Assembly: GCA_963741945.1 (NCBI GenBank)
Contig: CAVUKA010000004.1
Coordinates: 32,001-96,000 of the forward strand
DNA: 64,000 bases
DNA from: an uncultured Gemmatimonadales bacterium
GTDB lineage: Bacteria > Gemmatimonadota > Gemmatimonadetes > Longimicrobiales > RSA9
Direction: 5' to 3'
Notes under the pieces: model-generated
Told to the model about the DNA's origin: nothing
Database searches by the model: none
What the model saw: only the letters and a program-made list of their open reading frames with translations
Made by a program: the position numbers and the translations under genes
Shown here: positions 38,802-48,700 of the stretch, one piece after another
Numbering within the stretch: the first letter of the stretch is position 1
Layout of the letters: the number at the start of each line of letters is the position of its first letter

Positions 38802-39509
38802 GTGAGCCTCCTGCCCCGCGCCCATGACGCGCCGGAGCGGATGGATGCCGATGACGTCGACGCTGGCACGCTCGACCGTGCCCTCGATGATGTCGCCGCC
38901 GTGAACCGTTGGCTGGGCGGCCGGCGGGCCCTCCTCCGGCACCTCCCGTGGGCGCTTCCCCCCTCCGGAGCCACCGCGCGCGTGGTGGATATCGGGACCG
39001 GCTCCGCGGATCTTCCCGCCGCAGTGGCCCGTTGGGCGCGCGCCCGCGGCCGTCGCGTGGAGATCACGGCCGTGGACCGCCACCCTGCGACCATCGAGAG
39101 CGCTCAGCTCCGCACCCGGGTCTGGCCGGAGATCCGGACCGTCCGGGGTGACGGTCTGCGCCTCCCCTTTGCGGACGGTGCCTTCCATCTGGTGCTCCTG
39201 TCCATGACGCTGCACCACATGGATGGTGACAGCCTGCCGGGGCTGTTGCGCGAGGCCGGGCGCGTGGCCCGCGGCGGCCGGATCCTCGTGGGCGAGCTCC
39301 GTCGCTCGGTCCCCGCGTACCTCGGGGCGAAGCTCCTGGCCGCCACCGTCTGGCGAACGAACCGCATCACCCGTCACGACGGGCCTCTGTCGGTCCGCCG
39401 CGCGTTCACGCCCTCCGAGCTCGTCACCCTGGCCGACCGTGCGGGGCTCCGCGATCCACGCGTCTTCTCGCACCCGCTCTTCCGCCTCGTCCTCCGCGCC
39501 CGCGGCTGA
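38802..39509 (+). CDS. SAM-dependent methyltransferase
   Basis: ERMD..., VNRWLGG, VVDIGTGSAD, LHH, HDGPLSVRRAFT. Confidence 0.85.
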   Translation: MSLLPRAHDAPERMDADDVDAGTLDRALDDVAAVNRWLGGRRALLRHLPWALPPSGATARVVDIGTGSADLPAAVARWARARGRRVEITAVDRHPATIESAQLRTRVWPEIRTVRGDGLRLPFADGAFHLVLLSMTLHHMDGDSLPGLLREAGRVARGGRILVGELRRSVPAYLGAKLLAATVWRTNRITRHDGPLSVRRAFTPSELVTLADRAGLRDPRVFSHPLFRLVLRARG

Positions 39510-39683
39510 CATCCGGGTCCCGCGCCTCGTGCGCCGGGAGCCGGGAACGAACGGTGCATCTCTCCCGTGTTCGGGAGTGACGGGTCGGGACGCCGGCCCC
39601 GGACGCCCGCCCCGGAACAGGAGGTCGCGCTGCCCAGAGACGGAGTCCACACGGAGCCTGAAGCGCTGTCCGATGGCACCGTC

Positions 39684-40892
39684 ATGGACGTCATCGTCGT
39701 CGGAGCGGGCCCCGCCGGCTCCGTCACCGCGCTCCTCCTCGCCCGGTCCGGCTTCCGCGTCCTGCTCATCGACCGGGCCCCGTTCCCCAGGTCGAAGCCG
39801 TGTGGCGATTGCCTGAGCGCCGGCGCCACGAGCCTGCTCGCGCGCCTGGGTCTGCTCCAGGATGTCCTCGCTGAGCAGCCGGCGCGCATCTCGGGCTGGG
39901 ACATCGTGTCTCATTCCGGCCGGACCGTATCAGGCCGCTTCCACGGCGACAGCGCCCTGGCCATCGACCGGCGCCGCTTCGATGCGGCCCTCCTCCGCGC
40001 GGCCCGCTCCGCCGGCGCCGCATTCGTCACTGCGCGCGTCGAGGACCTGGCGCCCGCCGGCGGTGCACGTGTCCCTGCCGGGATCCGCGCTCGGACCGCC
40101 GACGGCGAACGGATCCACGCGCGGGCGAGGCTGGTGGTGGGCGCGGACGGGCTCCGGTCCGTGGTGGCGCGGCGAGCCGGACTGGTCCGGCGTCGTCCCC
40201 GCCTCAGGAAGCTCTCCCTGACAGCGCACGTGTCCTCCACTGCGGTCCCCCCGGTCGGGACCATGCACCTGCTGCCGGGCGGCTGCGTGGGTGTCGCCCC
40301 CGTGGGCCGCGACCGGACGAACCTCACGCTCGTACTGGAGCAGCGGCACGCCGGCGGTCTGAGGGGAGCGGACGCGCCAGCGTTCTTCAGGTCGTGGCTG
40401 CAGCGTGCCCCGGGGATCGACGGGGCACTGGCCGAAGCGGACCCGGGCGAGCTGCTGGCTTCCGGCCCCTTCGATGTCCCGACCACGGCCGTGACCGCTC
40501 CCGGGCTCGCCCTGGTCGGCGATGCGGCAGGGTATTACGACCCGTTCACCGGGCAGGGGATCTTCCGCGCCATGGCGGGTGCCATGCTCCTCGCCCGCTG
40601 CGTCGCGCCGGCCCTCGGAAGCCCCGAAGGACCGGAGCTCCCCCGGGCCCTCCGGCGCTACGCCCGGGCGCACGGCCGTCTCACCGCGCCCATGGTCCGG
40701 CTGCAGCGGGTGATCGAGGCCGTGCTCTCCCGGCCCGCCATTGCCGAGCCGGTGCTGGCCCGGCTCGCCCGCGCGCCGGACGTCATGGACCGACTCCTGC
40801 AGGTGACCGGGGATCTGCGGACGCCCCGGTCGCTGCTGACGCCGGCCATGCTGTGGCGCTTCGCCTTCCCCTCCACTTCCGGAACACCATGA
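39684..40892 (+). CDS. FAD-dependent oxidoreductase/monooxygenase (geranylgeranyl reductase-like)
   Basis: DVIVVGAGPAG, FPRSKPCG, VGADG, LVGDAAGYYDPFTGQGI. Start may be the CTG at 39630. Confidence 0.88.
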   Translation: MDVIVVGAGPAGSVTALLLARSGFRVLLIDRAPFPRSKPCGDCLSAGATSLLARLGLLQDVLAEQPARISGWDIVSHSGRTVSGRFHGDSALAIDRRRFDAALLRAARSAGAAFVTARVEDLAPAGGARVPAGIRARTADGERIHARARLVVGADGLRSVVARRAGLVRRRPRLRKLSLTAHVSSTAVPPVGTMHLLPGGCVGVAPVGRDRTNLTLVLEQRHAGGLRGADAPAFFRSWLQRAPGIDGALAEADPGELLASGPFDVPTTAVTAPGLALVGDAAGYYDPFTGQGIFRAMAGAMLLARCVAPALGSPEGPELPRALRRYARAHGRLTAPMVRLQRVIEAVLSRPAIAEPVLARLARAPDVMDRLLQVTGDLRTPRSLLTPAMLWRFAFPSTSGTP

Positions 40893-41416
40893 TACGCATC
40901 GACGAGCACAGCACTGCCGCCCCGCCGGAACGTGTCTTTCTCGCCGCCGCCGATGTCGAGCGCTGGCCCGACATCCTGCCGCACTATCGACGGGTGCGAT
41001 TCCTCCGCATGGACGGGTTCGGCCATGGTGTGGTCGAGATGGCCGCATGGCGGGATTTCGCCGGGCCGCTCCGCTACCCCACGTGGTGGGTCTCGCAGAT
41101 GGAGGCCGATGCCGGAACTCCGATCATCCGGTACCGCCACATCGATGGCGTGACTGCCGGCATGGACGTGCGCTGGGAGTTCCTCCCCATCGCCGGCGGT
41201 ACGCGCGTACGCATCGTGCATGAGTGGGACGGCCCTCCGTGGCCCGTTGTCGGCTCCATCGCCGCCTCCGTCGTGATCGGCCCCTTCTTCGTCAGCTCCA
41301 TCGCACGGCGCACGCTGGCAGGAGTCTGTGCCGAAGCCGAGCACGGCGTGGGGACGTCCGCACCACAGTCCGGCCCGCCGCGCACACGCCGGGAGGGGGC
41401 GGGTCACCATGCGTGA
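40889..41416 (+). CDS. SRPBCC / polyketide cyclase-dehydrase family protein
   Basis: VFLAAADVERWPDILPHY, GMDVRWEF, TRVRIVH; ATGA overlap with the upstream gene. Confidence 0.8.
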   Translation: MIRIDEHSTAAPPERVFLAAADVERWPDILPHYRRVRFLRMDGFGHGVVEMAAWRDFAGPLRYPTWWVSQMEADAGTPIIRYRHIDGVTAGMDVRWEFLPIAGGTRVRIVHEWDGPPWPVVGSIAASVVIGPFFVSSIARRTLAGVCAEAEHGVGTSAPQSGPPRTRREGAGHHA

Positions 41417-42677
41417 GTCGATGCGTGAGTCGAGCGAAGGACCGCCCTATCGCGTGGCCATCACGGGGATCGGTCCGATAACGGCCGTGGGGACCGGACG
41501 CGACGCGTTCCTGCATGGCCTGCGGGAGGGGCGCTCTCCGATCCGCCTGGCCACGCGCTTCGACCCGTCGCCCTGGCGGTCGAAGCTGGCGGCCGAAGTG
41601 GACGACTTCGACCCGGCCGACTACATCGACCCGCGCCAGGTCCGCCGCCTCGACCGCTTCATGCACTTCGCCATCGGCGCCACTCGCCTGGCGCTCCGCG
41701 ACGCCGACCTCGATCCCACCGAGCCCGACCCCGATGCCGTGGCCGTACAGTTCGGCTCCGCCCTCGGCGGCATCGCCTACGCCGAAGAGCAGGTGCGCAA
41801 CCTCCGCGACGGCGGCACCCGGGCCGTGGATCCCCGCGTGGCGCTGACCACGTTCTGCGGCGCGGCAAGCTGCGGCGTCGCCATCGAGTTCGGCTTCACC
41901 GGCCCGAACGCCACGAACGCCATGTCCTGCGCCTCCGGCACCATCGCCGTCGGTGAGGCCTTCCGGCTGATCCGTGAGGGCACGAGCGATCTGGCCGTGG
42001 CCGGCGGCGCCGAAGCTCCGCTCGCCCCGCTCTCGTTCGGCGCTTTCGCCCTGATCCGGGCCATGAGCACCCGCAACGAGGAGCCCGAGCTGGCGTGCCG
42101 CCCCTTCGACCGCGATCGCGATGGGTTCATCATGGGGGAAGGCGCCTGCGCGCTGGTGCTGGAGCGATGGGATCACGCCATCGCTCGTGGCGCCCGCATC
42201 TATGCCGAGATCGCGGGCTACGGGACCACGAACGACGCCCACCACATGACGGCGCCCCGCCCGGACGGCCAGCAGGCCGCACGCGCCATGCGCCTGGCCC
42301 TCCGCTCCGCCCGGCTCTCGCCCGACGACGTGGATTACGTGAACCCCCATGCCTCGTCCACCCCGCTGAACGATTCCACGGAGACGCTCGCGATCAAGAA
42401 GGTGCTCGGTGAGCACGCATACCGTGTCCCGGTGACCGGCACCAAGCCGTTCCACGCCCACGCCCTCGGCGCTTCCGGCGCCATCGAGATCGGCGTCGCC
42501 TGCCTCGCCTTCGAGAACGACTGGCTCCCGCCGACCCTCAATTTCACCGATGGCGGCGACGACTGCGACCTCGACTACGTGACCGGGACCGGCCGACCGT
42601 TCCACGGCAGCGTCTGCCTCTCCAATTCTTTCGGCTTCGGCGGCATCAACGCGTCCCTCGTCCTTAGGAGGCGGTAG
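41409..42677 (+). CDS. Beta-ketoacyl-ACP synthase (FabF/KS-alpha-like)
   Basis: VAITGIG, catalytic MSCASG, RPFDRDRDGF, NPHASST, HAHALGA, SNSFGFGG. Confidence 0.9.
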   Translation: MRESMRESSEGPPYRVAITGIGPITAVGTGRDAFLHGLREGRSPIRLATRFDPSPWRSKLAAEVDDFDPADYIDPRQVRRLDRFMHFAIGATRLALRDADLDPTEPDPDAVAVQFGSALGGIAYAEEQVRNLRDGGTRAVDPRVALTTFCGAASCGVAIEFGFTGPNATNAMSCASGTIAVGEAFRLIREGTSDLAVAGGAEAPLAPLSFGAFALIRAMSTRNEEPELACRPFDRDRDGFIMGEGACALVLERWDHAIARGARIYAEIAGYGTTNDAHHMTAPRPDGQQAARAMRLALRSARLSPDDVDYVNPHASSTPLNDSTETLAIKKVLGEHAYRVPVTGTKPFHAHALGASGAIEIGVACLAFENDWLPPTLNFTDGGDDCDLDYVTGTGRPFHGSVCLSNSFGFGGINASLVLRRR

Positions 42678-42788
42678 GCGACAGCGCCGCTGCGGACGTC
42701 ACGCGACCCTCTTCTCCCCCCACTCCCGCCCCCCCGGTCGCGGCCGCATCCCCCTTTCCCCTCTCCCCGGGTCGGGCCACCTTCCGGC

Positions 42789-43751
42789 ATGATCCCTGTC
42801 CTCTTAGGCCGGCTCCTGGGGCTGTCGTTCGCGTGCGGCCTCAACCTGTACATCACCGTGGCCGCCCTAGGCATCCTCTCCCGCACCGGGCTGATCCAGC
42901 CGCTCCCCCCGGGGCTGCGCGGCCTGGAGTCGATGATCGTGATCGGGAGCGCCCTGGCGCTCTACGTGGTCGAGGCCGTGGTCGACAAGGTCCGCCACGC
43001 CGACTCCCTCTGGGACGCCGTACACACTTTCATCCGTCCGCCCGCCGCCGCTCTCCTGGCCGTGGGCGCCCTGTGGGGGCATTCCGCCGTCGCCGTGACC
43101 GCCGGCGCCACCCTCGCCTTTCTCGTCACCCTCGCCGCCCACGGCACCAAGGCCGGCGTGCGGCTCGCCCTCAACGCCGCAGCACAGCCACGCGGCAACG
43201 CGTGGATCAGCGTCATGGAGGACCTCGCCGCCATCCTCTTCGCCGTGGCGGCCTTGCAGTATCCCTCCACCGCGCTGGCCACCGGCACCGTCGTGCTCCT
43301 GCTCGTGGCCATTTTCGGACCCCGGTTCTGGCGGGCTTTCCTCTTCGGGCTGCGCTGCGTCATCGCCTGGATCCGCGCGCTCTTCGCTCCGCCACGGTGG
43401 CACGAGGAGGCCGAGATCCCGCGGAAGCTCCGTCGCCTGCTGGACGAGCGGCCGCTCGGCAGCCCCCCGAATCGCGGCATGCGGGTGGCCCTCCACGGAC
43501 TCCGCGGCATCGGGTCGTACCGCGCCGGCTGGCTCGTGCTCACCTTCGACGGGCCCGTCTTCCTCTACCGCGCCCTGTTCCGTACCCGCCGTGTCGACCT
43601 CCCGCCGATCCGGGCGGTGGAGGTGCAGAGGGGCACGTGGGCGAACATCGTCCGCGTCTCCGCCGGCGATGACGAGTTTTCCCTCTACCTCCTCAAGGAC
43701 GGACCTGCTCCGGAGGCCGCCGCCGCGGAACTCGTCGTCGTGCCCGCCTGA
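42789..43751 (+). CDS. DUF4126-family membrane protein
   Basis: GLSFACGLNLY, VDKV..ADSLWDAVHTFIRP, HGTKAGVR, SVMED. Confidence 0.8.
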   Translation: MIPVLLGRLLGLSFACGLNLYITVAALGILSRTGLIQPLPPGLRGLESMIVIGSALALYVVEAVVDKVRHADSLWDAVHTFIRPPAAALLAVGALWGHSAVAVTAGATLAFLVTLAAHGTKAGVRLALNAAAQPRGNAWISVMEDLAAILFAVAALQYPSTALATGTVVLLLVAIFGPRFWRAFLFGLRCVIAWIRALFAPPRWHEEAEIPRKLRRLLDERPLGSPPNRGMRVALHGLRGIGSYRAGWLVLTFDGPVFLYRALFRTRRVDLPPIRAVEVQRGTWANIVRVSAGDDEFSLYLLKDGPAPEAAAAELVVVPA

Positions 43752-43858
43752 GCCGGCGCCGCCCCCAAGTTCCCGGGAAACAGTGGTTTACACGGAATCC
43801 ATGGCCGGCCAACGGCCGGTTCTCCCCGCCGTTCCGCCATTTTCCGGTGCTGCCAGGG

Positions 43859-43887
43859 TTTACACAATTCCGGGTTTGACCTATACT
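43859..43887 (+). promoter_or_regulatory. Sigma70-type promoter of the second sigma factor
   Basis: TTTACA-N17-TATACT within an AT-rich patch. Confidence 0.65.
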
Positions 43888-44041
43888 TGTTCATTCTATG
43901 GACTGATCATCCTCCAAGGGCTTGCCGAGTGCGGATCCCTCGTAAGCAGTCCGACATTCAACGGTCCACTTCTTGGTGCAGCGGGTTCCGGGTGCCGGCC
44001 GGTATCGCTGCATTTTTTGTCTCCACCACCCTGAGCCTTCT

Positions 44042-44902
44042 ATGTTCGTGAACTCTCGCGCGCTGGACTCCTTCGACCAGTACCTCTTCGACGTGGAGAA
44101 GTACCCGCTCATCGAAGATCCGATGGAGGAGCGCCATCTGGCCGCCCGGGCCCGTGAAGGGGACAAGGAAGCCGCCGAGCGGCTTGTCACGGCCAACCTG
44201 CGGTTCGTCATTTCATACGTGAAGAAGTACCAGGGCCGCGGCCTCGGACTGGCGGAGCTGGTGTGTATCGGGAACGAGGGCCTGCTCAAGGCCGTGAAGA
44301 AGTTCGATCCCGACAAGGGCGTGAAGTTCATCTCCTACGCCGTCTGGTGGATCCGTCAGACCGTGCTCCAGGCGCTGGCGGAGCAGACCCGGTCCGTGCG
44401 GATCCCGCTGAACCAGAACTCGAATCTGGTCAAGCTGTCCCGCACGGAAACGGCGCTCACGCAGCTGCTCGGTCGCTCCCCCTCGGACCAGGAGATCGCC
44501 GAGCACATGGAGGAGCCGATCGAGACGGTGCGGGCACTGCGCCGCGTCGCAGCCTCCGAGCTTTCCCTGGACGCCCCCATCGATCGGGGCGATCGCGACA
44601 GCGCCTCGTTCGGGGAGCGGTTCGCGGGCGCGGAGAGCGAGGACATCGAGGAGAGCGTCGAGTCTCAGGCCCGGCGCGAGTTTCTCGACCGGATGTTCGA
44701 CAAGTACCTGACCGAGCGCGAGCGCAAGATCCTCTACCTGTACTACGGCCTCGATGATGGCGAGGAACGGACCCTGGAGGAGATCGGCTCCCTTCTCGGC
44801 GTCACGCGCGAGCGGATCCGGCAGATCCGGAACCGCGCGTTCGAGAAGCTGCGCGAAAGCGCCGACGGTGACGCCCTGTTCACCTTCTGGGCCGCCGAGT
44901 AG
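44042..44902 (+). CDS. RpoD/SigA-family RNA polymerase sigma factor (no region 1.1)
   Basis: ANLRFVISYVKKY, GNEGL, KFISYAVWWIRQ, TLEEIG...TRERIRQ. Confidence 0.93.
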   Translation: MFVNSRALDSFDQYLFDVEKYPLIEDPMEERHLAARAREGDKEAAERLVTANLRFVISYVKKYQGRGLGLAELVCIGNEGLLKAVKKFDPDKGVKFISYAVWWIRQTVLQALAEQTRSVRIPLNQNSNLVKLSRTETALTQLLGRSPSDQEIAEHMEEPIETVRALRRVAASELSLDAPIDRGDRDSASFGERFAGAESEDIEESVESQARREFLDRMFDKYLTERERKILYLYYGLDDGEERTLEEIGSLLGVTRERIRQIRNRAFEKLRESADGDALFTFWAAE

Positions 44903-44924
44903 CCGTCCCGCTCCCAGCGTTTCC

Positions 44925-44965
44925 GGGCCCGCCAGACCTTCACTCTCTGGCGGGCCCTCTTCTTT
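44925..44965 (+). terminator. Rho-independent terminator
   Basis: GGGCCCGCCAGA / TCTGGCGGGCCC stem followed by TCTTCTTT. Confidence 0.8.
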
Positions 44966-45053
44966 CCACGCGAAGCCGCGAAGGCCGCGGCGGACGCAGC
45001 AGGCATACGACGCCGCCCCCAACCGAACGGCCGTACGCGTATCCGCCCCGTTC

Positions 45054-45190
45054 TCTCCGCGCCCTCCGCGTCTCCGCGTGAGACGGGTTTCTCCGCGCCC
45101 TCCGCGTCTCCGCGTGAGACGGGGTTTCTCCGCGCCCTCCGCCGCCTCCGCGTGAGACGGGTTTCTCCGCGCCCTCCGCCGCCTCCGCGT
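45054..45190. repeat. 36-37-bp tandem repeat (about 3.7 copies) built from CTCCGCG subunits
   Basis: TCTCCGCGCCCTCCGCGTCTCCGCGTGAGACGGGTT and close variants at 45054, 45090 and 45127, partial at 45164. Confidence 0.9.
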
Positions 45191-45199
45191 CCTCCGTCC

Positions 45200-45604
45200 T
45201 CAGGCCTCGACCAGCTCCGTCTGCTCCTCCTCGGCCTCGGTGTGATCCAGGGCCGTGCTGTTGAGGTTGCGCCCGGAGGCGGAGCCGAGCATCACGAGCT
45301 CCCGGACCACCACTTCCGCCGTGGGGATGGTCACGCCATCCCGCTCGTAGGAGTCGTACTGCATCCGGCCCTCGATGTAGAGGCGGTCACCCTTGCGGAC
45401 GTACTCGCCGGCCAGCTCGGCCAGCCGGTCCCACACGGTCAGCCGGTGCCAGTCCGTCCGTTCATCGAAGCCGTTGTCGCGCGGGATGCGGCGGCTGGTG
45501 GCCAGGGAGAAATGGGCCACCTTGTGTCCGTTGGACGTGGACTGGATCTCCGGATCCCGCCCCACGTTCCCCACCAGGATGAGCTTGTTGACCGAGCGCG
45601 CCAT
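45200..45604 (-). CDS. ssb: Single-stranded DNA-binding protein
   Basis: SVNKLILVGNVGRDPE, FSLATS, TDWHR, YVRKGDRLYIEG; GGAGG RBS. Confidence 0.92.
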   Translation of the reverse strand: MARSVNKLILVGNVGRDPEIQSTSNGHKVAHFSLATSRRIPRDNGFDERTDWHRLTVWDRLAELAGEYVRKGDRLYIEGRMQYDSYERDGVTIPTAEVVVRELVMLGSASGRNLNSTALDHTEAEEEQTELVEA

Positions 45605-45714
45605 GGCTGCCTCCACGAGAGGGTCCCGGCCCCGACCACCGGGGCCATCGACCGCCATCATGGGGCGCGATCCGGGGCACTCCCATGGCGCAACAGGACG
45701 ACCTGCCGGAACCG

Positions 45715-48700
45715 CTACGACGCGTCGGCTTCCGCGGTGGCACTCAGGCTCAGAGCGGCCGCCGTGTCGCGCCGGTTGCCGGTGAGCCAGAGTCCGAGCC
45801 GCTCCGCGCCGGTGTTGAAGATCATGTAGGCGCTCGGCACCACGAACAGCGTCAGCAGGGTGGACACGCTGAGGCCGCCCACCACCGCAAGGGCCAGGGG
45901 CTGCATCAGCTCCGACCCCTGTCCGATCCCCAGCGCCAGCGGGAGCATACCGAAGGCCGTCGTCAGTGTGGTCATGAGGATGGGTCGCAGCCGCACCGCG
46001 CCCGCCTCTACCACTGCTTCCGCCCGGCTGAGGCCACGGGCCCGGCCCTGCTCCGTGTACTCCACCAGCAGAATGGCGTTGTTCACCACGATCCCCGCAA
46101 GGAGGATCACGCCGAGGAGCACGGGCGCGCTGAGTGGCGTCCCCGTGATGCCGAGGAGGAGTCCCACGCCGATGAGGGAGAGCGGGATGGCCAGCAGGAT
46201 GACGAACGGGTTGACCACGCTCTCGTACTGCACGGCCATGACCACGAAGACGAGGAAGATGGCGAGCATCACCACGATGGCGAGCTGGCGGTTGTTCTCA
46301 CGCATCGCCTCGGCTTCACCGCCGTAGATGATCCCGTACCCCTCGGGCAGGTCCAGCCCCGCCAGCCGTGCGCGGATCGAGTCGTTCACCGCGCCCACGC
46401 TCGCCACTTCATTGATCACGTCGCCCGTGAGCCGGAATGTCCGGTTCTGGTTCACCCGCAGGATCGTGGTGGGGCCCAGCGTATTGTTGACCGTGGCCAC
46501 GTCGCGCAGGTAGATGGGCGCCCCGCCCGCGGCCCCGGGGAAGAGCGCCACACCGCCCAGGTCCTCCGGGCTCTTGAACCGGTCGCGCGGGAACATGACC
46601 CGCATGTCGTACTCGTGGTTCCCCGCCGTGAACTTGCTGGCGATGGTCCCGTCCAGGGCGGTGCGCAGCGTCTGGCCGACAGTCGCCACGCTCAGCCCCA
46701 GGTACGCCGCGCGCTCCCGGTCCAGCTGCACGGACAGCTGCGGCGTGGCCTCTTCCTCGGACGGCTCCAGGTTCGCCAGCCCGGGCACGCCGCGCACCAT
46801 GGCCACGATCTCGTCGGCCACGTGGCGCAGCTCGTTCAGGTCGTCGCCCTGGATGCTCAGCTCCACGGGTGATCCGGACATGGACGTGCGCAGGCCGCGG
46901 ATGCGAGGTGGCCGTACGAAGATGCGGGCGCCCGGGAACCCGCGCGCGTCCACTTTCTGCTGCAGCTCCCTCACCCACTCGTCCGCGCTGATCTTCCGCT
47001 CCGTCACCGGCGCCAGCACCACCGTGATGCTCCCCCGCCCGCTGCGCTGGGCGGTGGAGCCGCCGAACAGGAAGCCGCCGGCAGTGGCGAACATGGTGCG
47101 CACGTCCGGCATCTGCCGGACCATGTCCTCCACCTCCAGCGTCACGCGGTTCGTCTCCTGCGCGGACACGCCCGCCTGCATGGCCACGTACACGCCCACG
47201 TTGCCGTCATCGACCTGGGGGAGGAACTCGTTCCCCAGGTTGCGCGTCATCAGGAACGCCCCGACCAGGGCCAGCACCGCGCCACCGAGCACGGCCCAGC
47301 GCCACCGCACGGCCACCGGCGCAATGCGCCGGTAGAAGCTTCGCAGCCGCCCCATGCCGTTGTCGAACGCCACCAGCGGCCGCCAGTGCTCCAGTCCGCT
47401 CTCGAACCGGATCTTGCCCAGCTGCGCGGACAGCATGGGCACCACTGTCAGGGCCACCGTGAGGGAGCCGAGGATGGCGAAGGAGATGGTGAGGATCAGC
47501 TCCCGGAAGATCAGCGCCGCCAGTCCGCTGATGAGGAGGAACGGGACCACGGCCGCCAGGTTGGTGGCCGTCGACGCCGTGACCGCGCTGGTGACCTCCG
47601 CCGCGCCCGCATGCGCCGCCAGCTCCGGGTCCTCGCTCCCCTCCTCCTTGTGCCGGAATATGTTCTCCAGCATCACAATGGAGTTGTCGATCAGCAGGCC
47701 CACGCCCAGGGCCAGCCCGCCCAGGGTCATGATGTTGAGCGTCAGGTGCCCCAGTCCCATCATGATGAACGTGGCCAGGATGGCGATGGGGATGGCCAGC
47801 CCGATGATGAAGGTCTTCCGCAGTGACCCGAGGAACAGGAAGACCACCAGCATGGCGAGGAACGCGCCTGTCAGCGCCGCGCTCTGCACGGACCGGACCG
47901 AGCTGCGGATGAAGGTGGCCTGGTTCTGGATCGTGCGGTACTGGATGTCGCCCGGAACGAAGCCCGTCGCCGTGAGCGATTCCAGCCGCTGCTGCACCTG
48001 CTCGGCCACTTTCACCGTGTTGGCGTTCGGCTGCTTCCGCACCGACAGCTGCACGGCCGGGACACCGTTCATGCGTGACCAGAGCCGCTGCTCCTGGTGT
48101 GTGTCGCTGACGCTCGCCACTTCCGACAACGGGATCCGCCCCCCCCTCGCGGGAGACAGCAGCACCGATCGCACATCCGCCACGGTCTGGAATTTCCCCG
48201 CCGTCTTGCCCACCACCTCGCGCGTGGACGATGCCACGTAGCCGGCCGCCACGTCCTGGTTGGCCGCGCGGATGGCATCGATGACCTGCGACACCGTGAG
48301 CCCGTAATGCCGCAGCCGCTCCTGGTCCAGCACCACCTCGATCTCCCGGACCAGCCCACCGGCGACATCGACGGATGCCACGCCCGGAATGGTCAGCAGC
48401 TGCGGCCGGAGCCGGTACTCCACCCAGTCCCGCAGCGAGATCAGGTCTCTCGCCGGCGAGGAGAAGCCCGCTTCATAGACCGGCATCTGCGATGGGTCGA
48501 ACTTGTACACCGTCGGCGGATTCGCTTCTTCCGGCAGCGCGCCCCGGGCCCGCTCCAGGTTCTTCGCCGCGTCCTGGAGCGCGAAATCGATGTCGGTGCC
48601 ATAGGCGAAATGGAGGTTGACGCCCACGCGCCCCTCCTGGATCTCCGTCTCCATGCTGGTGACGTTCTCAGTGGTGGCGAGCGCCGCCTCGAGCGGCTTG

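Noticed and set aside
45689-45704. GG-N10-GC match upstream of ssb (AGGTCGTCCTGTTGCG)
   Set aside because: The -24 half lacks the GGCA core; plausible by chance.
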